Assembly (NCBI GenBank): GCA_013265495.1
Contig: MU058226.1
Span: 272,741 to 336,740, forward strand
Direction: 5' to 3'
Origin: Vicugna vicugna
Lineage: Eukaryota
Length of the DNA stretch: 64,000 nucleotides
Under the pieces are notes generated by a model that saw only the letters and a program-made list of their open reading frames with translations, did not search any database and was not told the DNA's origin. Positions 1-12,817 of the stretch are shown here, in pieces; the first letter of the stretch is position 1, and each line of letters starts with the position of its first letter. A program made the position numbers and the translations under genes.

Positions 1-282
1 CTTACCCTTTTTTCTGCTTCCTTTGCTGAAGTATTTTAAACCAAATCCCAGACCTCATGACATTCACCCCTACATTCTTAAGTATGCATCTCTTTCTTTA
101 GAACGGAATATATTATTACATAATCATAATGCCATTGCACACCCGAAACATTAACAGTAACTGTGGTATAATCTAAAACCCAGTTGATGTTCAGATTTCA
201 TCAAATGTCTCAAATATGTCTTATTTACAGTTGATTTGTTCAAATCAGGATGCCAAGAAAATCAACACATTGCATCTTGATG

Positions 283-367
283 TCTTTTTCTTCTTTAATA
301 TGGAGGTACTGGGGATTGAACCCAGGACCTCATGCATGCGCTCTACCATTGAGCTATATACCTCCCC
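283..367 (-). mobile_element. tRNA-Ala-derived SINE (camelid Vic-1 type), internally deleted
   Basis: Reverse complement reads GGGGAGG-TATAGCTCAATGGTAGAGCGCATGCATGAGGTCCTGGGTTCAATCCCCAGTACCTCCA plus A-rich tail; A/B boxes present, anticodon loop missing. Confidence 0.75.
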
Positions 368-1559
368 TACCCCAATATCTCTTTAGTCTTTGTAATCTAC
401 AGTAGTTCCACCTCCTCTCTTTTCTTTCTCTCTCTTCTAATACCATCTACACAAAAATAATTCATTTGTCCTGTAGAATGTTCCTCCCCCTGGATTCGTG
501 TTTCTTCCTCAGAGCCTCATTTAACTTCTTCCTCCATCCCTTGTATTTCCAGTTATCAAAAAAGATCTAATTAGGTTCAGAGTCCATCTGAGGGGGGACA
601 AGATTCCTTTGCAGGGGCTTTGTGCTTCCTTTGGTGCCCCCTAAGGAAGCAAGCACTGTCTGCTTGCCCCTCTCAGAGTAAAGCTGAGATTGAGCCATGG
701 GTTCATATGGCCATAGCCTGACTCACCCCCTCTGTAAGATTTCCCCATCAACCTTTCAACTGAAAGTTTCGTTGATGGATGAGTTTTGCCTGAATCAGTT
801 ATTTCATGAGGGGTTGGGAAATGCTGGTTTTTAAATTCTGTTATTTTGTCCTCATGTATTAGGTAGAATTCTCCAGATTGAAAAAAAAAAAAAGCTGTCA
901 CTCATCCAGGCTGTCGGGTTACCATGAAGTGTGGTTTGCATGGGAAAGGCAGGATAAATGCTTAATTTCTCCCCTTTAATTGCCAGTTCGCAGAGTAAAC
1001 TGATGGAATACTTTACCTTGGCCAGCAAACCACATTGTTACCACACAGGACACACATGCAGAGGCAGAATCTGTGGGCCTGCCGGAGGAAACAGGGACAT
1101 CTGAGGGAGGAATAACGGAGAGAAACACAGGCAGCATGGTCATGGGGGTGGGGGGTCTGCCTCTCAAATACAATCGAGAAACAGATATGACCCAAGGAAG
1201 TATGGTGGGGGTGGCATATGCAGCAATTGGGATATCTGTTATTGACACTAAGAATTACACATCTGGTAAGTCCTTAAAATTTTATTTATCAGAAACATTG
1301 GAGGAAAGAGAGGAAATGATACCGTGAGTGTCCGACCCATGAGCTACTGCCTCGTGAAGTATATGTGACGGGGGGCTTATGAGGAAGTGACAGTGTTCCT
1401 TCTTCATAGCCAAGAACCCTCAGCTAAGAGAGAGGATCCTCAAGGAAGGATCTCCTCCTCAGAAGAGGGTGGGGAGGAGTCATTGGAAACCAGAGCCCTG
1501 GTCCCACCCCAGACCTGCCTGCAGGTTCAGTATCTCTGGAATCTGTCCAGGACCTTGTT

Positions 1560-1687
1560 TTTGGTTTTCGTTTGTTTTTTCTTTTTTTATAACAGATTTT
1601 TTTTTTTAATGGTGGTGGTACTGGGGATAGAACCCAGGACCTCATACATGCTAAGCATGCCCTCTACCCCTGAGCTATTACCCACCC
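1560..1687 (-). mobile_element. tRNA-Ala-derived SINE (Vic-1 type)
   Basis: Same tRNA-like head (TAGCTCAGGGGTAGAGGGCATGCTTAGCATGTATGAGGTCCTGGGTTC) with A-rich tail on minus strand. Confidence 0.8.
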
Positions 1688-1995
1688 TGCAACCTTGCAT
1701 TTTTAAAGGGAACTGCAGGAGAGTCTAACGCTGGGGTCTTTGGGCTGCACTTTGAGAAACTCAGACGTTTAGCCTAGACTTAGGAAGAATAGATTTCAAA
1801 ACACTGAAGAAAAGATCTCAAAAGAGAAATTGTTACAACAGTAAGAGTTTGTGTCTAAAAAACAATAGCCATAATAGCTGGCAGGGACCAAACCTGCCTA
1901 CTTACCCGGGCATCTTAAACCCCGCCATGACCTGGCACATGGTGGATGCTTAATACGGGAGGAAAGACAAGCCCAGGAAGGGTAAGGAGCTGGGC

Positions 1996-2184
1996 CAGTG
2001 GTTTTCAAAGTGTGGTCCCAGGTGGGCGGCAGCAGCCCCTGGGAACAGGTTGCTTGACCTCCCCCATCCCGACACCACCCCCTTCCCCGCACCTGCAGTC
2101 AGAAGCTCTGGGAGTGGGACGCAGCACTCAGAGTGTTACCAGACCCTCCAGGGGATTCTAATGCATATTCAAGTTTGAAAACCA
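1996..2184. mobile_element. MER5-like hAT DNA transposon remnant
   Basis: Starts CAGTGGTTTTCAAAGTGTGGTCCC and ends GATTCTAATGCATATTCAAGTTTGAAAACCAG, resembling MER5A termini. Confidence 0.6.
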
Positions 2185-3319
2185 GATTTGAACACAAGTC
2201 AGGGGTACAGAAAGGGTTGAAGAACTGTTGATTGTTTGGTTGGCTTTTTTTCTTATAATATAAAGGGGGAATTGGAAGGAGTGACAGGAAACTGAAAGGG
2301 GAAGGCAGAGTGCTCATTTCTACGAATGGGACAAAGTGAACTTGGAAGACTACAGCATGGTGAGTGCCACCTGGGTCAGCAGCCAGATTCTAACCTGGAG
2401 CTCCCACCCCCCAGCACGGGCCCTCCTGCTGGGCACACACTCTCACCCCTCCCCCAGCCCCTTGGCTCAGGATTGGAGGGGCTCTGGGCTCTCCTGTTTA
2501 CCAGGCTGCTCTGAAACAATGGAAAAAGAGCCCAACAAGTAATATTGAGCAGCAAACACCGGGGACCAGGCATCAGGTGCACTTTTTCACTAATTCAGTC
2601 CTGACAACCAGAAGTCATTATCGGGCAGAAGCAGGAGGTTGTCCATCATTTTTCCCAAAAGAGGATTAGGAAGGATTACCACAATGAAAGGGTAGGTCTT
2701 CCCTTTCCTAATGTTCTGGATAAAATATTTTTTAAAACACATTTTTAGCGTAAGGCTTAGCTGGTGAAAAGTAAGGAGAATCTTCAAAAACCATAAATAA
2801 TAGGAAGAACCTAGAAAAATGAGCCCTGGAGCTGGCATTTGCCCTGGGGACATCAGTCAATGCTCAGAGCTCAAGTCAGGATTTCAGCAGATCACAGATT
2901 TGGAGTCAGGGTACAAAACCAAGGTGTTGAGAAGTTCTGTAAGTTGTGAGTGGATGTCAAAATGGAGTCAGTATTGCTAAGAGAGCGCTCCAGAATGGAG
3001 CTAGGAGGCCATTAAGGAAGCATGACTTAAGCGGCTCTCAGCCTGGATGGACTCTCACCTTTTGGTCTTATGAAGTCATCCAGAACACCTGCCAGAAATT
3101 CAAGATACTTGTAAAATAACTCATGACAGTCCACTTATCAGACCCCTGCCCTAAAACAACTTGTGATTCTTTGTGGACACATATTTTCGGACTTAGTCAA
3201 TCACAATTCTCACCAGGCAACTTTTAACAACCTGTGGCTTTTTGTCTTTACGAGCCCCTGACTCTTTCACAGAACACTCTTTCAAGGTTACCCAAACCTG
3301 TGTCTCCCAAATTGTAATT

Positions 3320-3441
3320 TTTTTTTTCATTTTGTGGGGAGGTAATTAGGTTTATTTTTTTTTAATGGAGGTACTGGGGATTGAACCTAAGACCTTATAC
3401 ATGCTAAGCACATGCTCTACCACTGAGCTATACCCTCTCCC
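3320..3441 (-). mobile_element. tRNA-Ala-derived SINE (Vic-1 type)
   Basis: tRNA-like head plus CCTAATTACCTCCCC tail motif; flanking AAATTGTAATT duplication. Confidence 0.8.
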
Positions 3442-3524
3442 GCAAATTGTAATTCTTTTCTATTTAAAAAAAATTTTTCCCTAGATAGTGAGGTTCATTT
3501 TTAACTTTGTCTTCCTTTTATCCA

Positions 3525-3649
3525 GGGGTGGGGGAAGGTAATTAGGTTTATTTCTTAATTTTTTTTTTAGTGGAGGTGCTGGGGATTGAACCCAGGACCT
3601 CCGGCATTCTAGGCATGAACTCTATCACTGAGCTATACCCTCCTCCCCC
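3525..3649 (-). mobile_element. tRNA-Ala-derived SINE (Vic-1 type)
   Basis: tRNA-like head plus CCTAATTACC tail motif on minus strand. Confidence 0.8.
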
Positions 3650-4402
3650 AAACTGTAATTCTTAAGACCCCAAATAAACCATTCTTATTTGCAGCCTCCT
3701 GCACTGTTTTTTTTTAGGTGACAAAATTAAATAAGAGCCTTTTTCCAACCTGCTCTGCTCACGACATAGCAGTACTGCCTAGGGTGCAAAATTTAAAAGA
3801 ACACCAAAAAACTCAGGAATCCAGGTAAATCATATTTTAATGCAGTATATTTTTAAAATAACCTCGTGCATTCTAAGCATATAGTCTACCCCTGAGCTAT
3901 ACCTCCAGCCCACTAATGCAATATTTTTTTTTAAATCAAATTGGGAAACTACAGCTCACAGGCTGGCTACCTTTCTTTGTAAATAAAGTATCAAAAAGCC
4001 ACATCTTCAGTGGGTGAACTGGCCTCCATCTTTGCTGTGAATAGAGAGAGGAAAAAACAGTGGGGGGTGGGGCAGAATAAATAACAGTGTCTCTGGAAAA
4101 TTCCTAACAAAAGTTCACATTCCTGTGGGACTAATGCCAGAAATCACGTTTCCTGTGGCCCTCAAATCTGCAAGCCACGTATTTAGAAGTACTAGGTCTT
4201 AAGCTCAGTGGTGAGTATGTTGTTTTAGTCTCCTTTAAATTGTACAGAATTGTTATATACTCTTGTATATAATAATAGATAGAAAATAAAAAGTAAAATA
4301 AAATGAAATAGGGGGAGATAAACAAGTAAATAAACAGAAGGAAAAAGATAAATGGAGATCACTGGGTAACTTGGCAAAATACAGCCACAAAGGCGGTACC
4401 CA

Positions 4403-4830
4403 TGTTACTGACCAGGGTTCTTGGCCTCCTTAATCAATAAAAATTGATAAGATGCCAGATGAGAAATTAAGGCAAGACTTTGCTGGGACTCCTGCTGCAG
4501 CACAAGGGAGCGAAAATAAGTAACAGTTTCCCTTGCTCACTCCCTGGTGAGCTGGTACCTTAAGAGGGGTGAGGGTAGGGGCAGATCCAGGGGTAGGGCC
4601 GGAGCGGTGGCTTAGGTGGTCTGCCCACCCCCTTGGTGGTGCTGTGTGCAAGGATCACACACCAGTACCCTGCCTCTGCTCCCAGCATCTCAAAGTGGCA
4701 GTTGGGTCTTGGGTCTTTTTGTATCTTGTTCATAACTTGCCCCAGCCAACTGCTCATGCACAGTTATTTTTAGTGCCTTAATAGTTTCTTTTCTATTGCT
4801 CTGTCCCAATGCAAGCATTGCAGCCCAGAG
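4403..4830. mobile_element. LTR-like element (ERV1-type solo LTR, probably reverse orientation)
   Basis: Begins TGTTACTGACCAGGGTTCTTGG, resembling the reverse complement of an LTR end (...GGTAACA); distal boundary uncertain. Confidence 0.4.
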
Positions 4831-5432
4831 TCCCACATCGCAGCCTACGCAAGCACTGAGCAAAGGGCTCAGGCCCCATGTCCCAGCCTATCTCACCCAG
4901 AGTGAATGACCCAATGTGCATCAAGAGAGGGTGAGGATGAAAGGAAGAGTGAAGATGCAAAATCAACTTATTGTTTCGGTGTCTTCAGCCCAGCTAACTT
5001 TGCATTGTTCCTGTTACCCAGTTTAAGGGACGTGTGTTGTTTAACCTCCAGCAAGATTGGTAAGACATTAAGGTGCCCTTGCCATTGGAGGTGGGAGCCT
5101 GGTAGAGAGCAACTAACATGGGTTCCCTGGGATGTCCTGCCAGCCCCAGTGGCAGTTCTTTAGTCAAAGTTCTAAAAGGAGAGGTCAGAGGAAGGCCAGT
5201 GTCTCAGTATGTCTGAGTCTCAGTAAGGCACTTGATAAAGTCAAGGGGACCACAGGGAAATTTCCCACAAGGGGACCCATGTATACAAAAAAAAAGGGAA
5301 ATTCATTTGCCACCACTGAAGACACTTTTACACCAGCTCCTTACACTACTGTAAACACAGGAAAAGACTAAACCTTTCTCCTATCTTTGCAGTAGGAACA
5401 AGTAATTCAGGTTAGATAAAGTACTTAACCAC

Positions 5433-5885
5433 TTAACCAAGCAGGACCCTATGGGGACTTCCCAGGACAGACCTCTCCCCTATATCCTCTGCAGTAGCTC
5501 CTCTCTGAAATACTCAATAATGGTGTCTCATACATATTTCCTGAGGTTTTTTTCAGATGCTAAAACCCACTACCAAATGGAAGAAATTAACTACTTGATG
5601 ATTATTAGCAAAGAGCCCCCAGGCCTTCTGGCACCTAAGGATTGATTACCATCAACCAGAGAATTGTGCACAGCTGATTACATACCCTGGGACGCCCTCC
5701 ACACCTCAGCTGGCCTTTAAAAATTCCCAGCTGAAACCTTCCAGGGTGCTCGGGTTTTGGGGGCATTAGCCACTCATTCTCCTTGCTTAGCCCAGCAATA
5801 AACTTTTCTGTGTTCTAGACTCCAACTTTTTAGTATCTTTTTGGCCTCACTGTGCATTGGGCACAAGAACTTGTGATCAATAAGA
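5433..5885 (+). repeat. 5' LTR of ERV1 provirus
   Basis: Aligns by eye to 10226-10669; followed by PBS-like sequence. Confidence 0.8.
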
Positions 5886-8607
5886 ATTTTGGCAAGGCCA
5901 GCCTAGGAGTTTGTGCCAGTAACAGGTCCACCCTGGCCCAAAGCAGCCTCTATCCTGGGTCCCAGCAGCTGCTGGAGGCCTCTTTGCTTTAGGAACTGGG
6001 AGGGACTCTCCCTAACAGGCGCTAGCTGCCCCACAGCATGAGGCTGTTTGGAGCTGAAAAACATCCAGAGCTATGGTCCACATTCAGTGTCGCCTGGGGT
6101 GAGTCTGGGGTGAGTCGCTCCTGCTTGCACAGGCTGGGAACTCTCTGCACTCTATCTGGAGTCATTCCCTTGTGGGAAGGGAGCTGCTCTGGGCTCAGTA
6201 CAAGACACCCTGGGTCCATTCTCTTTTAGGAGCCAGGCCACTCTGGAATCCTCCGTCTGGGAGTGGAAATGAATTTTGAGGCTACACTTCATCTGACCTT
6301 TTATTTGTGGGACCATATTTGTTATCTCTGTGTGTTTTAGTACTTGCATTGATCAGTTGAGACATCTTTGGCAAGTAAAAGGGCTCACGGGTGACGACAT
6401 CCAGGTATCCTCTATTGCATTTGCTTCACCTGTAGCTCATCTTTGGTTGAGATTTTCCCTTTCTAGCCTTGGTCATTCATTCAGCTTCATCTCTGATGGG
6501 GCATTGGTTGGGAATCCCCCTTTTGGGGGCTAGGGAACTGTGACCGTGAGAGACCATTTTCTTGATATTTGATAACATCAGCTGTGAATAACGAAGTATG
6601 GATGATCGGAGCTCTGTTCCATCTTAACATCCCCCTAGGGTGTATTTTGCAAAACTGGGAGGCCTTCAGCTGTGCTCCTGAAAATTAAAGATCAATGAAA
6701 TTTTTTATTGTAACACTGTTTGGGCTCAGTACTCCCTCAGATCAGAACAATGGCCCCTCATGGGTCTGCTATTATATCAAAATGGGCCTTTTGCAATTGC
6801 TTTGGCTTTTATCTTGGCGGGGGGTGGGGGTGGGTTGAGAGTCTCAGTGGTACCTGAGTCCAAATCCTGCTCTCTCCTTCTGATTTTGCTAAAAGTGAGG
6901 CACGTGAGTATGAGCGAATGATACATATATTATTGTCTATTACTATTCTTTCTTTAAACTGAGGTGGCGATTTGGGAACTGGGGAAAAAAAATCCCTGAA
7001 AATAGCCAAGATGGTTGGGTTTTATAAAAGCAGTTAGAAGAGGAATTTGTATTTCTCTTCCTGTGCCTTTGAGATGTGGATGATCTACCTGAGCTGTCGA
7101 GGGAAAAAAAGAGGTTTTTAAAAAGTCAGTCGATTTCATTCAAATCTCTATTCCTCTAGGAAGGATTAAAATAAAAAACTAAAAAAAAAAAAAAAAGTCA
7201 GTCAGAACAACTGAGGTCTCTGGTTCTGTCTTTACGTAAAAAATTAACTTGTAAGTGAGTTCTACTTGATTGACTCGAAGGTCGGTGCTTGCAAATTAAA
7301 TACTTCTAAGTACAAAATAAGCTAGATAGAACAAATTTCAGGTTCATGGGATCTAAGAAATATTCAATATTGAGTTGATCTGATATGAACGCTAGCTTGA
7401 GCTTGTTGGTATAATCAATACAGACATGTCTTACTGTATTTAGGTTTACTACAGGTCAGTAGGTTCATGTTTCTGTTGCAGAGTTTCTCAGCAGAAAGAA
7501 AAAATTAACTTGGTATGAAATTCTTATAAGTAAATGAGATGCATATGAGATAAGAGCCTTTGGGTGAACTCTTTGGAAATAATTAGTTTTAGGAATGTCT
7601 ACTTAAAAATGATCTCTGCAGATATTTGGTAACTTAAAATTTTGGAGTTGTGCTAAATAAAGTTAAATGATGGAAATTTATTGAATAGTTGAACAGCAAG
7701 ATCATTCCCAAACAAAATAAGATACTGAAACATTCACTGGAGTTTAAGATTTTTAAGAATTGAGGATTCTAATTTAAATATGTAAATGAAGCTACTGGAA
7801 GTAATGGGAGAGACATTTCAGTGTATAGCAGTGTTTTGAGTTAAAATTTTAAAAAAAGGTATGAGGAATGGAATTGCATTTGTTGAGGGGAAAAAAGTGA
7901 TTTGTCCTAGAGCTGGGTGTTCTAGATGTGGACAAAAGGGGACACACTAATATGGATAGAGGAAGTTGAGGAAAGGTTGTTAAGAAAGGGCGCCCTGAAA
8001 AAGTTCTGTGCACGGTCAGGCTGAGATTAGATTAAACTTAATTAGGTAAATGGATTTTGTTATTCAAAGTAGGCTGGTGCAGGACTGGATTTGGTCCCTC
8101 TGTGTTAAGAGAACAAGTTTACTTAGAATACTTCTGATAATAGATTGTGTGAAACTTACGTGATATTTTTGACAGGCTTTCTATCAAATTCTAATTAAAG
8201 TTCTTTTGACTTCAGCTGGCTTTGGGATGCTTCAGAGGGCCCCTGAGACATCTCAGAAAAAAATATTTAACTGGTATTGGTTGGTATGTTGCATTGCACA
8301 GGAAGTATTGTCAAATGACTGATGAACCTCCTTGGATTATACATCATACAGCTGTTAATATGGGTACTCTAGAAATTATACAAAGTTTCTGAAATTTAGA
8401 TATGTGCTAGTATAATACTGTCAGGCATAATTCTGGTGGTTATCTTGGAATGTTGTATGTCACAGCAACCTGATTAAGCTTCTTTGTCAAAAACATTGTG
8501 ATCGGATCTCTTACCTTGTCTTTTTGGGTCTTCTGTCATTCATAGACAGTTAAGCTGATACTCTGCAGAACTACTTCATCTTCAAGAACATTCAAAAAAC
8601 AATTTAA

Positions 8608-8750
8608 GGGGGAGAGTACAGCTCAGTGGTAGAGTGCGTGCTTAGCACGCACAAGGTCCTGGGTTCAATCCCCACTACCTCCACTAAAAAATAAAAGATT
8701 AATTTAAAAATACATAAAGAAACGTAATTACCCCCCCAAAAAAAAGAAGA
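8608..8750 (+). mobile_element. tRNA-Ala-derived SINE (Vic-1 type) inserted in the ERV
   Basis: GGGGGAGAGTACAGCTCAGTGGTAGAGTGCGTGCTTAGCACGCACAAGGTCCTGGGTTCAATCCCC plus A-rich tail. Confidence 0.8.
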
Positions 8751-10225
8751 TTCATAAAAAGGACTTTTTGACAAGTACAGATTTCTTTTAAATCATACTA
8801 CTGAGCTAGGTAAGATATTTAAGAAGTCTAAAGAAAACTGATTTCATGAAACTGTTGAAGGGATTGTTTGCATAGGATTGAATGAACTGATGAATATGGT
8901 TATAATTTTTTGGTTGTCTGAAGTATTACTGGCTTTTAATCTATGTTTTATAATTGACCTGTTTATCAAATGTTTTTCTTCCTATCAATATTGCCCCCAG
9001 TGTTTAGGATATAAAGAATTCTCTGACGGAGTTGTCACAGAGTATAACTACTCATGATGTACAACAACGCTTGCTTTAAGTTTATTGCTAAAATCACATG
9101 AATCATGCTTGTGTAACAATTGGATGAGTGATCAAATGTTTAGCCTGTAAGTGTTACCTGATGAACATACATGTGAGCCTGTTCACAATGTCTGATTCGT
9201 TTTCCCCAATGTGGTTAACGAGGCAAATATAAAGGAGGCCTAGCAGCAAGGCACATGATCTAAACCTGGGCAGGAGCTACCACCCCAGCATCGAGGGACA
9301 GGTATTCTCATCATCAGTGCTTTCTATTGAAAGATTTGTAATCAAAAGGGGAAATGATGGGGAAATCTGCACATATTGAGATATGGGGGAGTCATTCTGG
9401 CTTATGTGTGCCTTGGCTTAAACTTTACTGACCAAAGAGGCCTGCTTTATGGTCTTTTGGACATGCATTGTACATCTGCTTTGGGCACTGAGGAGGAGAA
9501 TGCATTTGAAAGTGTAAATAGAGTAGCTGTGGTCCAAAGTAAAACTAGGTGGCCATTGTGGACGTGATTTCAGACACACTCCTGTGTTGTTAAGAACTCT
9601 AATTTTCTGAGCTGTGTCATACTCGGGACACCACCAGCCACTCTCAAAGCAGTGTCTGCTGGCTTATGGCAGCTGCAACCTCATGATCTCAAGGTCTCCT
9701 CTTGTAACTATTAAGTTTTTAGACAATAAAATTGCTTTAGATCAGATATTAGCAGAAAAAAGATGTGTAGTGACCAATAACTCTTGTTATATATAGGTTA
9801 ATACCACCTGAAAAGTTAAAACCTACTCAGATAAAAGTAGACAACTGGCTACCTGGCTACAAGTCTCCCCCAAAGTGCCAGGTAAGACTGGTTTTCAGGC
9901 TTATTCTCCTGAATTCCTCAGGGAATGAGATCTTAATCTTAATCATACAAGACTCTGATCCAGGACTTGGAACTCAGAAATATTTCCAACTCAGTGTCCA
10001 TTCCTCAAATCAAGGTAGGACTATGCCCCATTTAAGCAGGAAGCGGCCAGAGTGGCCATCACCCTACTCCCTGAAAGACTTGGGTTGGGATGAAACAGGA
10101 TTGGAGAGTGAAACTGAGTTCCTCTGCTGAGTTTATGATTAACCTCTCTGTCCAAAATACTATTCCCCTTCTTGTCCAGCACCTGATCTCCTCAAGTAGA
10201 GAAGTATCAAAGAAAAGCAGGGAAT

Positions 10226-10669
10226 TGTAACCAAGTAAGTCCCTATGGGGCCTTCATGGGACAGACCTCTCCCCCATATCCTCTGCTGCAGCTCCTCTCT
10301 GAAGTACCCAGGTAGTAGTATCTCATGTATATTTCCTGAGTTCTTCAGATGCTAGAAACCATGACCAAACAGAAGAAATTACTTGATCATGAGCATGTAG
10401 CCCCCAGACCTTCTGGGCCTAGGGATTGATCACCATCAACCAATCAGAGAATTGTGCACAGCTGATCACATACCCTGGGATGCGCCAGTCTCAGCTGGCC
10501 TTTAAAAATGCTTAGCTGAAAACTTCCAGGAAGTTCAGGGGTTTGAGGGGCTTGAGCCACCCATTCACTTACTTGGCCCAGTAATAAATCTTTCTCTGCT
10601 CCAAACTGTAACAGTTCAGTATCTTTTTGGCCTCACTGCGTGGGGCACAGGAACTTGCATTTGGTAGCA
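10226..10669 (+). repeat. 3' LTR of ERV1 provirus
   Basis: TGTAAC start directly after polypurine tract, AATAAA at ~10583, ends ...GGTAGCA. Confidence 0.8.
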
Positions 10670-10789
10670 GTACCAGTAGATGAGATGACATTACTTACTT
10701 GACAGAGGAATGTAGAATGTCAGTGAATAAGTGTAGGAAGAATAATCAAATTAGAAAATAATCATTTTGCAAACTTAAATGAAAATTTC

Positions 10790-11268
10790 CATTCTAAATG
10801 TGCCCTCCCTGAACGAGGAGGACGAGAAGTTGAGATGGGGAGAATTCTATACAAACAGAACTTGCTGAAGTATTTCTTGGCGAGGGTATAGCTCAGTGGT
10901 AGAGCGCGTGCTTAGCATGCAGGAGGTCCTAGGTTCAATTCCCAGTACCTCCATTAAATAAACAAAGAAACAGACCTAGGCCCTGCCCCGCACACACACA
11001 AGAACTTGTTAAAATACTTCCTATCTTCCATTAGCCTCCCCCACATAGTTTAGACACTTATCCACAATTGCATCTTTGATTCAACCTAACATAAAAACAA
11101 GTAGGTTTTGCCATGTCTTTGCATCTTTATTTCCCTACGACGTCTCCTGTGTAATGTAAAATTTACATTAAATAAGTGTGTGTGCTTTTCTCCTGTTAAT
11201 CTATGTCAGGTTGAAAAGACCCAGCCAGGGACCCTAAGAGGGTCAGGGAAAACGTTTTCCACCCCTAC
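10790..11268 (+). mobile_element. MER34/MER39-like solo LTR with nested SINE
   Basis: GTGTGCTTTTCTCCTGTTAATCT motif and ...CCCCTACA end; SINE inserted at ~10879-10990. Confidence 0.45.
10879..10990 (+). mobile_element. tRNA-Ala-derived SINE (Vic-1 type)
   Basis: GAGGGTATAGCTCAGTGGTAGAGCGCGTGCTTAGCATGCAGGAGGTCC...CCCAGTACCTCCA followed by A-rich tail. Confidence 0.8.
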
Positions 11269-11487
11269 ACAGGCAACGATCATCAGTAGATGCTAAAATC
11301 ATTAGATTAATGTTGATGGGGGCTGGATATTCTTTTTTTGTTGTTCAGTAAACATTTATTGTGCCCTGCTTTATGCCAGGCACTATTTTATGTGTTTGGA
11401 CTATATCAGAATATAACAGGCAAAAAAACTTGCCCTTGTAGCATTTATATTTCAGAGATGCATACTAATAGGAAGTGATTTAAATTA

Positions 11488-12315
11488 CTTTTTTAATTGA
11501 AGTATAGTTGATTTACAATGTTGATTACAATGTTGTGTTAGTTTTTGGTGTACAGCATAATGATTTGGTTATACATATATATATTCTTTTTCATATTCTT
11601 TATTTTAGGTTATTACAAGCTATTGAAAATAGTCCCATTCTATATAGTAGACCCTTCTTGTTTATCTGTTTCATATATAGTAGTTTGTATCTGCTAATCC
11701 CAAACTCTCAATTTATCCCTCCCCCACTGGATTTCCCCTTTGGTAAGTATAAGTTTGTTTTCTATGTCTGTGAGTCTGTTTCTGTTTTGTAAATAAGTTC
11801 ATTTGTGTCTTTTTTTTGGAGTCCATATATAAGTGATATCATGTATTTGTCTTTCTCTGACTTACTTCCCTTGGTATGATAATCTCTAGGTCCATCCATG
11901 TTGCTACAAATGGCATTATTTCATTCTTTTTTATGGATGAGTCAAGTAGCCCATGGTAGATATATATCACAACTTCTTTTTTTTTTTTATCAGGACTTCT
12001 CTCTTTATTTTTTTTTTTTATTTTTCATTGATTCATAATCCTTTTACAATGTTGTGTCAAATTCCAGTGTTCAGCACAATTTTTCAGTCATTCATGGACA
12101 TATACACACTCATTGTCACATTTTTTTCTCTGTGATTTATCATGACATTTTGTGTATATTTCCCTGTGCTATACAGTGTAATCTTGTTTATCTATTCTAC
12201 AATTTTGAAATCCCAGTCTATCCCTTCCCACCCTCTACCCCCCACCCTCAGATCACAACTTCTTTATCCAGTCATCTGTCGATGGACATTTAGGTTGCTT
12301 CCATGTCTTGGTTAC
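11488..12315 (-). mobile_element. L1 3' end fragments (older L1 with a second L1 3' end nested at ~12005-12250)
   Basis: Poly-T start TTTTTTAATTGAAGTATAGTTGATTTACAATG; TCTCTAGGTCCATCCATGTTG and GATGGACATTTAGGTTGCTTCCATGTCTTGG are typical antisense L1 3' sequence. Confidence 0.75.
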
Positions 12316-12647
12316 TGTGAAGAGAACACAGCCACTTTTTGGACATAGAAAGCTACGGGCTTCTATAGCTACATGGAACACGAAGAAGCCTATACTTTAG
12401 TTGCACCCATACAAAATGACAATTACAGCACCTTTCTCTTGTCTCCAATTACCTTTCCCCATGCTCCCCACACCTCAGCTTTATCCCATGAATATCCCAA
12501 GGCCCCTTGCCTTTTAGGAGGTGAATTTGATACTTGTTTGCTCATCTCTGGGGTTGGCTGCCTTGTGAATAAACTCCTTGCTACAAACCTTGGCATCCTT
12601 GAGTTTGGCTTGCTGCCCACCCAGCAAACAAACCTTGTTCGGTAACA
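12316..12647 (+). mobile_element. Solo LTR fragment
   Basis: TG start, AATAAA at ~12568, ends TTGTTCGGTAACA. Confidence 0.5.
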
Positions 12648-12817
12648 GCATCAAAGAATTAACACATCTTGCCACTCACAAAGGGAAAAAGTACCTCTAC
12701 AGTGAAGAAATCCTGGGGATCACTACTTTAACTGGGTGACCAAATTGAGATCCAGAAAAATGGGACAGCTAAAGGTTATGATCCCCCTGACACAAGACCC
12801 TGTGAAGTACATAGCAC

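Larger units (their letters stand above)
2938..3723 (+). mobile_element. Solo ERV LTR interrupted by two SINEs
   Basis: TG start with CAAAATGGAGTC motif, AATAAA near 3673, ends ...AGGTGACA; SINEs at ~3320-3441 and ~3525-3649 flanked by duplicated AAATTGTAATT-like targets. Confidence 0.55.
5433..10669 (+). mobile_element. Decayed ERV1 (MER4-group-like) provirus with two LTRs and gag/env remnants
   Basis: Direct repeats ~5433-5885 and 10226-10669 (shared CCCTATGGGG...ACAGACCTCTCCCC...GAGAATTGTGCACAGCTGAT...AATAAA...TTTTTGGCCTCACTG); degenerate PBS TGGCAAGGCCAGCCTAGGAG at 5890; gag-like PLGCILQNW...FYCNTVWAQY ~6625-6790; env TM-like FLDNKIALDQILAEK..CVVTNNSC ~9715-9790; PPT AGAAAAGCAGGGAAT just before the 3' LTR. 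Confidence 0.8.

Noticed and set aside
4396..10674. GTACC as a target-site duplication for a larger composite ERV
   Set aside because: The left copy is not flush with an LTR terminus; boundaries cannot be established by eye
10879..10952. Apparent tRNA-Ala(AGC) gene, and similar copies elsewhere
   Set aside because: A-rich tails, shared SINE tail motif, target-site duplications and stem mismatches show these are SINEs
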